Below are positions 58,356 to 64,000 of a stretch of 64,000 nt of DNA, piece by piece. Source of the stretch: an uncultured Bacteroidia bacterium (GTDB lineage Bacteria; Bacteroidota; Bacteroidia; Bacteroidales; F082); NCBI GenBank assembly GCA_913009755.1, contig CAJVWU010000001.1, forward strand, positions 60,494-124,493, given 5' to 3'. The stretch's first letter is position 1. Every line of letters starts with the position of its first letter. A program made the translations under genes and the position numbers. Under the pieces are notes generated by a model. The model had not been told where the DNA came from. It did no database searches and was given only the letters and a program-made list of their open reading frames with translations.

Positions 58356-59819
58356 TCATTTTGTCAATATCATTTTTTGAGTCGTTAAACCCGAAACGCT
58401 TTGTAGCTGAACAAAATACAATCCGGCCGGGTATTTGCTTCCGTTCCATTTATAAATATGTTGTCCCGCACCAAGTTTGCCTTGTTCAATGGTTTTAATT
58501 TTAACACCGGCAGTATTGTAAACCGAGAGGGTAACATCATCTGAACGGTTCAGTAAAAAAGAAATTTCAACTTCCCCGCAAAAGGGATTGGGTGTTGTGA
58601 TCAATTGCACCTGTTCAGGTTCGTTTTTTTCTTCGATATCGCTTAAGCAAATAAAAGCAGTAGAATATTTGAGTTGCCAATGGTCGTTTTCTTTTTCCTC
58701 CCATATATTAATAGAATAATAATTACAGGGGGATTCAAATTTTCCGGTAAAAATCTGCGGGTGTTTTACCGGATTATCAGACTTGGATATGTTTTGATAA
58801 AGGTAAACTGGTGGATTGAAGCTATAAAAACCTGAAGTGTAAATATCAATAGTATCATTATTTTGGTAAACATAAGTAGTATATCCGGGACCAAATTCTT
58901 TGCTTTTTACGAAAACCGCTCCTGAATAATACCTAGGCTGAAAAGGTTTCTGCTGGCTATTTTCCGATATATAAACCTGGTCATCTTCCAGATCGTAATA
59001 AAGAAAATGCCAGCTTGTATCGTTAAAATAATCCCAGGTCAAAATTCCGGATTGTCCCATACCTGTACAAAAAGAAAGGTTTGTGCAACTATCTCCCGTA
59101 AAAATGGTTTCTGCATCCAACCATCCGTCCTTTTTATCCTGCCGTCTTATCATAATATGAGAGCTGTCATTTAGGACTTTTATCCAGGAAACCACCGGGA
59201 TATCCCCACTCCATTCAATATCAGTTTGCACAATAGAAGGGAAAGAACAATTTCCCGAATCAATAACAAAAGGTTCTTCAAAGACATGAGTATATTCATC
59301 CAGTTTTGAGTGCATGATTCGGTTTTGTTCCATCCATACTATTCTTCCGCTATTATTACAAAGCAATTCTGTTTTTTCATTGGTAGTCTCTGTTAAGGGT
59401 GTCGGCTCCGTAAAACCGGATGAATTGTAAACGCGATAATAAATGTTATCAAAGCCCTCGATGTCCGATTCATAGAAGACATAAAACAAAGTATCATCCC
59501 ATTGGCCATGCCAGGTGTCAACCGGTTGCGGATTGGAGTAATGCACCCCATCATCACCCACAAAAACTTGTGGCTCATCGTCTTCATAAAAGTTCTTATA
59601 ATAAATCGCCGATGAAAGTGTGTCGGTGGATTTTTCCCAGAAAATGTAAAAGTCGTAAGAAGTGAATTGCAATAGCCGGATATTGGGATTGATGTTGTCG
59701 GATACCGAATCGGTAATGGAAACAGGATCGCTCCATACGGGCCACTGAGCGACTAATAAATTTGAAACCAACAAAAAAAGAATAAAAAGAGACGGGATAA
59801 AAAGATCAGGTTTTTTCAT
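58356..59819 (-). CDS. T9SS C-terminal-domain secreted protein of unknown function
   Basis: Signal peptide. C-terminal LITTPNPFCGEVEISF..LSVYNTAGVKI..GLYFVQLQS..QKMILTK. Start MKKPDLF at 59819 (alternative 59837). Confidence 0.75.
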   Translation of the reverse strand: MKKPDLFIPSLFILFLLVSNLLVAQWPVWSDPVSITDSVSDNINPNIRLLQFTSYDFYIFWEKSTDTLSSAIYYKNFYEDDEPQVFVGDDGVHYSNPQPVDTWHGQWDDTLFYVFYESDIEGFDNIYYRVYNSSGFTEPTPLTETTNEKTELLCNNSGRIVWMEQNRIMHSKLDEYTHVFEEPFVIDSGNCSFPSIVQTDIEWSGDIPVVSWIKVLNDSSHIMIRRQDKKDGWLDAETIFTGDSCTNLSFCTGMGQSGILTWDYFNDTSWHFLYYDLEDDQVYISENSQQKPFQPRYYSGAVFVKSKEFGPGYTTYVYQNNDTIDIYTSGFYSFNPPVYLYQNISKSDNPVKHPQIFTGKFESPCNYYSINIWEEKENDHWQLKYSTAFICLSDIEEKNEPEQVQLITTPNPFCGEVEISFLLNRSDDVTLSVYNTAGVKIKTIEQGKLGAGQHIYKWNGSKYPAGLYFVQLQSVSGLTTQKMILTK

Positions 59820-60057
59820 TTTGTTTGTGATAATCAATAATGAGCATTAAAAGTAGTTCTTTTTTCTGAGGGAAAAAAAGAGATCCGGATACTTTTTTAT
59901 TCATCGGTCAGCGGATGAGCATTCACGTAGCAGCTTTTTTCTTTCCACCGTTGCGTTGTTTAAATCTCTCTTTTCGATTATCAGTATGTCCGGTATAATA
60001 CCCGGCCGGTCTTTCTACTTTTGAGGATATAAACGTAATACATAAATTGGCAGAATA

Positions 60058-60101
60058 AAAAAAGCCCGCTTTCGTCTTCACTTCGTTCGACTTCAGCGGG
60101 C
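60058..60101 (-). terminator. Rho-independent terminator after tRNA-Pro
   Basis: Stem GCCCGCT (60064-60070) / AGCGGGC (60095-60101). The minus-strand RNA is followed by a T7 run (plus-strand A run 60057-60063). Confidence 0.55.
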
Positions 60102-60105
60102 AGGG

Positions 60106-60180
60106 TCGGGGTGGGGAGATTCGAACTCCCGGCCTCTACGTCCCGAACGTAGCGCGCTAACCGGACTGCGCCACACCCCG
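60106..60180 (-). tRNA. tRNA-Pro (anticodon CGG), CCA not encoded
   Basis: Hand-folded: acceptor CGGGGTG / CACCCCG. D arm GCGC-AGTCCGGTTA-GCGC. Anticodon arm CTACG-TTCGGGA-CGTAG. T arm GGGAG-TTCGAAT-CTCCC. Discriminator A. 75 nt. Confidence 0.9.
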
Positions 60181-60292
60181 TTTTGGGGCTGCAAACTTAA
60201 TAATAACCCGAATAATATCAAATGTTTTTATTTATTGTTATTTTTATGGCCGATAGTTTAAACTCTTTTTTTCCACCTAACAAAATATCATC

Positions 60293-61444
60293 ATGGCAAT
60301 AGAAAATTTTACAACATATAACCCGGTAAAGCTTCATTTCGGGAAAGGAATCGTCAGCGGGCTGGGAAAAAGCACAGCGAAATACGGGAAAAAGGTATTG
60401 CTGATCTATGGTAAGGGATCAGTTAAAAAATACGGGTATTACAATCAGGTAGTTGAACAACTCAAATCGGCAGGGCTTGAAATTGTCGAATACCCGGGCA
60501 TCAAACCCAATCCCGTTATTGAAGATGTGAGAATGGCAACCGACCTGGGCCGTCGCGAAAATATTGACGTTATAGTTGCCCTTGGCGGCGGTAGCGTGAT
60601 TGACTCGGCAAAAATCATCGCCATTGCCATGGCTTCGGGATACGACGGATGGGACATCATGAAATACAGGGTGAAACCCGAAAATGCGATTCCTTTGCTC
60701 TGTGTGCTTACCCTGGCCGCAACCGGTACTGAGATGAATGCCGGCGCCGTGGTACAAAATCACGATACGGGCGAAAAGATCGGATTTGTCAACGACCTGA
60801 ATTTTCCCAAAGAATCCTTTCTCGACCCGGCATTCACTGCTTCCGTTCCAAAAAATTACACGGTTTACGGCATCGTTGATTTAATTGCCCACGCACTGGA
60901 ATTTTATTTCGGTGAAGGCGAACCACCGGTTATTGATGCCATTACTTTCGAGATCATCAAAGACGCCATGCATTATGGACCCGGGTTACTTGATAACCTT
61001 GAAAATATTGATTTGCGCGCCAACATCATGCTGGATGCTACTTTAGCTCTCAACGGGTTGACAAGATATGGCAAGAAAAACGGGGATTGGGGAGTTCATG
61101 CCATCGGGCACGAGTTGTCGCTGTTGTACGATATGCCTCACGGTGCCTCGCTGAGCATTGTATATATTGCCTGGCTCACATTGCAAAAAGATCGAATTCC
61201 CGCACGCATCCAAAACCTGGGTAACCATCTTTTTGGGGTGGATACCGTTAATGAAACCATTGCGGCGCTGAAGACATTTTTTCAAAGTATAAATGCCCCG
61301 GTCAATCTGACGGATGAGGGCATTGGTGAAGACCAGAAAGAAATCATCATCAACCAGTTAAACAAAAATGAGGCTTCCGGCATGCACCATCAGTTAAATG
61401 ATGAAGACCGTCTGGAAATTGTCAATACAATGTTTTATCAATAA
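60293..61444 (+). CDS. Iron-containing (group III) alcohol dehydrogenase, butanol-DH/YqhD-like
   Basis: ALGGGSVIDSAK, HAIGHELS..HG metal ligands. Confidence 0.9.
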   Translation: MAIENFTTYNPVKLHFGKGIVSGLGKSTAKYGKKVLLIYGKGSVKKYGYYNQVVEQLKSAGLEIVEYPGIKPNPVIEDVRMATDLGRRENIDVIVALGGGSVIDSAKIIAIAMASGYDGWDIMKYRVKPENAIPLLCVLTLAATGTEMNAGAVVQNHDTGEKIGFVNDLNFPKESFLDPAFTASVPKNYTVYGIVDLIAHALEFYFGEGEPPVIDAITFEIIKDAMHYGPGLLDNLENIDLRANIMLDATLALNGLTRYGKKNGDWGVHAIGHELSLLYDMPHGASLSIVYIAWLTLQKDRIPARIQNLGNHLFGVDTVNETIAALKTFFQSINAPVNLTDEGIGEDQKEIIINQLNKNEASGMHHQLNDEDRLEIVNTMFYQ

Positions 61445-61457
61445 AGGATTTGATTTT

Positions 61458-62069
61458 ATGGAAATTAAAAAACGATTTAGCAAACATTATGAAAAGGGTT
61501 TTATGCCCTGGGCCCATGAAGAGCCCGATTTCAACCTTATTGAAGTAGTGGAAAACCTGCCCGTCAAACCGTGTAAAGCACTGGAACCCGGGTGCGGGAC
61601 AGGTACCGATTCCATCTGGCTTGCGCAATCCGGATTCGATGTTACGGCGTGTGATGTGGTTGAAATACCACTCAATATAGCGCGGGAAAAAGCAGAAAAA
61701 ACGGAAGCCTCTGTTCAGTTCCTTCAACTTGATTTTTTAAACGACGATATAAAAAATGCCCCTTTCGATTTTGTTTTCGACCGTGGTTATTTTCATTCCT
61801 ACGATACGCCGGGCAAAAGAAAAAATCTGGCCGGTAAAGTTGCCTCAGTATTGTCAGATAATGGTTTATGGCTTAGCCTTGTGGGAAGTTGCGACAGCCC
61901 GCCCCGCGATAGCGGCCCACCCATGCGATCGGCTAAAAATATTGTGGATGCCGTTGAAAAATATTTTGAAATTCAGTTTCTAAGGGCAGGTTTTTTCGGA
62001 AATAAGGAAGAAAAGCCTGCAAAAATATGGGTTTGCCTGATGAAAAAAAGAGCGCTCCTCCCCTGCTGA
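61458..62069 (+). CDS. Class I SAM-dependent methyltransferase (TPMT/TehB-like)
   Basis: ALEPGCGTGTDSIWLAQSGFDVTACD. ATG 61458 is preferred to 61398. Confidence 0.75.
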   Translation: MEIKKRFSKHYEKGFMPWAHEEPDFNLIEVVENLPVKPCKALEPGCGTGTDSIWLAQSGFDVTACDVVEIPLNIAREKAEKTEASVQFLQLDFLNDDIKNAPFDFVFDRGYFHSYDTPGKRKNLAGKVASVLSDNGLWLSLVGSCDSPPRDSGPPMRSAKNIVDAVEKYFEIQFLRAGFFGNKEEKPAKIWVCLMKKRALLPC

Positions 62070-62200
62070 TTTATCCACGGCAGGAAATGTGCAACCATTT
62101 TAAAAAGGTTTTTGTCATTGAAGTATAACATTGGAGGTATTTTTATATCTTGCAGGATGGAATAAATATGCGGAGTTAAAGCATATAAAATATTGTCTGC

Positions 62201-62767
62201 ATGATTTTTGATAAAGCCTTCATAATAAAATTGAAGTCCTGTGATGGGAAAACACAAAAGGCCTTTTATCAGCAACTTGCCCCAAAAATGTATGGGATAT
62301 GCCTTCGCTTTGCAGGTAGTACCGAAGAAGCAGACGATATACTGCAGGAAGGGTTTATCCGTGTTTTTAATCATTTGAAGGATTTCAGGGGTGAAGGCTC
62401 GCTGGAAGGCTGGGTGAGGCGGACGATTATCAATACGGCAATTAATATTTATAAAAAAAGGATCAAACAGGGAAAGAAAACCGAACTGGAAAATGTCAGG
62501 GAAAAAAATGAGGACAATTTATACATCATTGAAAAAATGGCAGCGGATGAACTGATCGAAGTGATCAGGGAGTTACCTGACGGATACAGGGCGGTTTTTA
62601 ACCTGAATATCATTGAAGGATATACACATAAAGAAATTGGTGAAATGCTTGAGATATCTGAGAACACATCCAAGTCGCAGTTATCAAGGGCACGAAAGTC
62701 GTTGCAGAAAAAACTGAACGCATTAAAAGAAAAAGAAAAAAAACGGATTGGAAAACAGCCCAAATAA
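62201..62767 (+). CDS. ECF-type RNA polymerase sigma-70 factor
   Basis: Region 2 (EADDILQEGFIRVF..GSLEGWVRRTIINTAIN) and region 4 (GYTHKEIGEMLEISENTSKSQLSRARKSL). Confidence 0.9.
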   Translation: MIFDKAFIIKLKSCDGKTQKAFYQQLAPKMYGICLRFAGSTEEADDILQEGFIRVFNHLKDFRGEGSLEGWVRRTIINTAINIYKKRIKQGKKTELENVREKNEDNLYIIEKMAADELIEVIRELPDGYRAVFNLNIIEGYTHKEIGEMLEISENTSKSQLSRARKSLQKKLNALKEKEKKRIGKQPK

Positions 62768-64000
62768 TATTGACCAACTGATCAAGGCAAAATTTGACGG
62801 ATTTGCCCCTGCCCCTCCCGATCATATCTGGAGTGGGATTGAAAAAGGCATTTCATCGCATCCTGCATTTTTTGTGCGGTATGCCAAACCCATTGCCGCG
62901 GCAGTTATTCTTTTGGCTGCGATACTTCTTGGAATTTTGTTGTTCACTTCGCAATCTTCAAATGGTTCTGTAAACAAATTGCAATTCACCGATTCTGTTC
63001 CCGTCAGTAAAACACTTGATGACCCGCCGGCAAACAATCAGCCCGCTACAGTAAGCGCAACTGAAATAATCGCAAATTCGGAAGAACCGGAAAATACTGA
63101 TGTTAATGTTCCGAAAAATGAATATGCCGAGACCCATGTTGCTTCCGTAAAACCAAAAGCCAATTCAAACACCGGTATTTCAGGAAACACCCAAAACTTT
63201 AACAATAATGAAACAACGGCAAGTGTTAACGGCCATGTTTCCGAACTTTCGGAAGCAAGCAGCCGTCCTGTTCAAAACAGCACTAACGAAATTTTTACTT
63301 TACCCACCCTGTCATTAACCCTGAACAACGATTTGCCAAAAGAAACCATTCAACATCAGGCCTATTCTGCTCAATCCGTCACAACAGAAACCAACTCAAG
63401 ACATAAAAGCCTTTGGTCGGTCGGATTGTATATTACTCCGGAGATGTTTTTCGAAAACTTTGATTCATTACAAATACTGCCCTCATATACATTAAGTGTT
63501 GAACCCACTTATTACATCAACAAACATTTCTTCCTGCGATTTGGTTTGGGCTTTACTTATGCCCATGACCGGGGATTTTCAAAGATCAACTATCTCAGCA
63601 ACGACCTCTTAGGGACTTATGAGGATGTTTATGATATTACATTTGACAGTGTTGACGGAGTGCTTGTCCCCACCTACTACACCAAAACAACGGAGGTTTG
63701 GGACACAGCCCGGCATGTAACAATAAAAGAACCGACAAATACTTATTTTTACGTGCAAACCCCGCTGATGTTTGGTTATTACAACCGGACGCATTTATTC
63801 AACTGGTATTTTTATGCCGGGCCGGCATTCAATTATATGGTTGGGAAAAATCTTGAAAAACCCGTTAGTGACATTGATTATGTTGAGATACTCAACATTG
63901 ACAACCATTTGCCACAGCGGTCAAATTATTATGTTCAACTCTGGTTGGGTGCAGGTATTGAAGTCAAAGCATCCAAACATATTTCCCTTTCGCTTGAACC
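62748..64000 (+). CDS. Anti-sigma-like single-TM protein with C-terminal beta-barrel-like domain (3' end outside window)
   Basis: Not in the ORF track because there is no stop in the window. The frame is open from 62727 to 64000 and the first possible start is TTG 62748, a 20-nt overlap with the ECF gene. N-terminus ..DQLIKAKFDGFAPAPPDHIWSGIE, TM KPIAAAVILLAAILLGILLF, then a Ser/Asn/Thr-rich linker and a barrel-like tail (FFLRFGLGFTYAHD, YFYAGPAFNYMVG, LWLGAGIEVK). Confidence 0.55.
   Translation, partial: MENSPNNIDQLIKAKFDGFAPAPPDHIWSGIEKGISSHPAFFVRYAKPIAAAVILLAAILLGILLFTSQSSNGSVNKLQFTDSVPVSKTLDDPPANNQPATVSATEIIANSEEPENTDVNVPKNEYAETHVASVKPKANSNTGISGNTQNFNNNETTASVNGHVSELSEASSRPVQNSTNEIFTLPTLSLTLNNDLPKETIQHQAYSAQSVTTETNSRHKSLWSVGLYITPEMFFENFDSLQILPSYTLSVEPTYYINKHFFLRFGLGFTYAHDRGFSKINYLSNDLLGTYEDVYDITFDSVDGVLVPTYYTKTTEVWDTARHVTIKEPTNTYFYVQTPLMFGYYNRTHLFNWYFYAGPAFNYMVGKNLEKPVSDIDYVEILNIDNHLPQRSNYYVQLWLGAGIEVKASKHISLSLE

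Noticed and set aside
1-64000. CRISPR arrays, IS elements, integrases, prophage genes and rRNA operons.
   Set aside because: No spaced direct-repeat array was seen in any intergenic region. No ORF has transposase, integrase or phage hallmarks. No rRNA-like sequence was recognised.

Overview
This window looks like a Bacteroidota chromosome segment. The evidence is several type IX secretion (T9SS) C-terminal sorting domains, TAnnTTTG-type -7 promoter boxes, rpoN, and the overall gene content. Sampled lines of the backbone run about 43-50% G+C.

Most of the window is housekeeping:
- A TolC-TetR-MFP-RND efflux operon.
- rpoN, asnS, aspS, trpS, prs, L25/ctc, pth, hflX, lnt, corA and nhaA.
- A DAHP synthase/chorismate mutase fusion, a DEAD-box helicase and a cyclophilin.
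- tRNA-Leu(CAA) and tRNA-Pro(CGG).

No integrase, transposase, CRISPR array, rRNA or phage gene was seen.

The main candidate system is an AT-rich block of about 10.4 kb (about 5880-16300) holding 11 co-directional minus-strand genes.
- Lipid tailoring: two acyltransferases, a family 2 glycosyltransferase (GT2), a patatin lipase, two methyltransferases and a crotonase.
- A possible trans-envelope export route: an MMPL transporter, a LolA-like carrier and an outer-membrane barrel.
- A TetR regulator sits at the head of the block.
- No fatty-acid or polyketide synthase core is present.
- Two of the 11 genes are inactivated.

The second notable locus lies directly to the right. A deletion at about 16617 removed the 5' ends of two divergent genes: a PaaI-type thioesterase and a multiheme cytochrome c with about 17 CXXCH motifs. 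The cytochrome and the barrel gene coupled to it carry three further single-nucleotide frameshifts.

Other gene relics are a T9SS adhesin remnant and a collapsed HEPN/MNT pair. All the damage is in accessory genes, while the housekeeping genes are intact.

All product calls come from motifs I recognise in the translations. No database search was possible.
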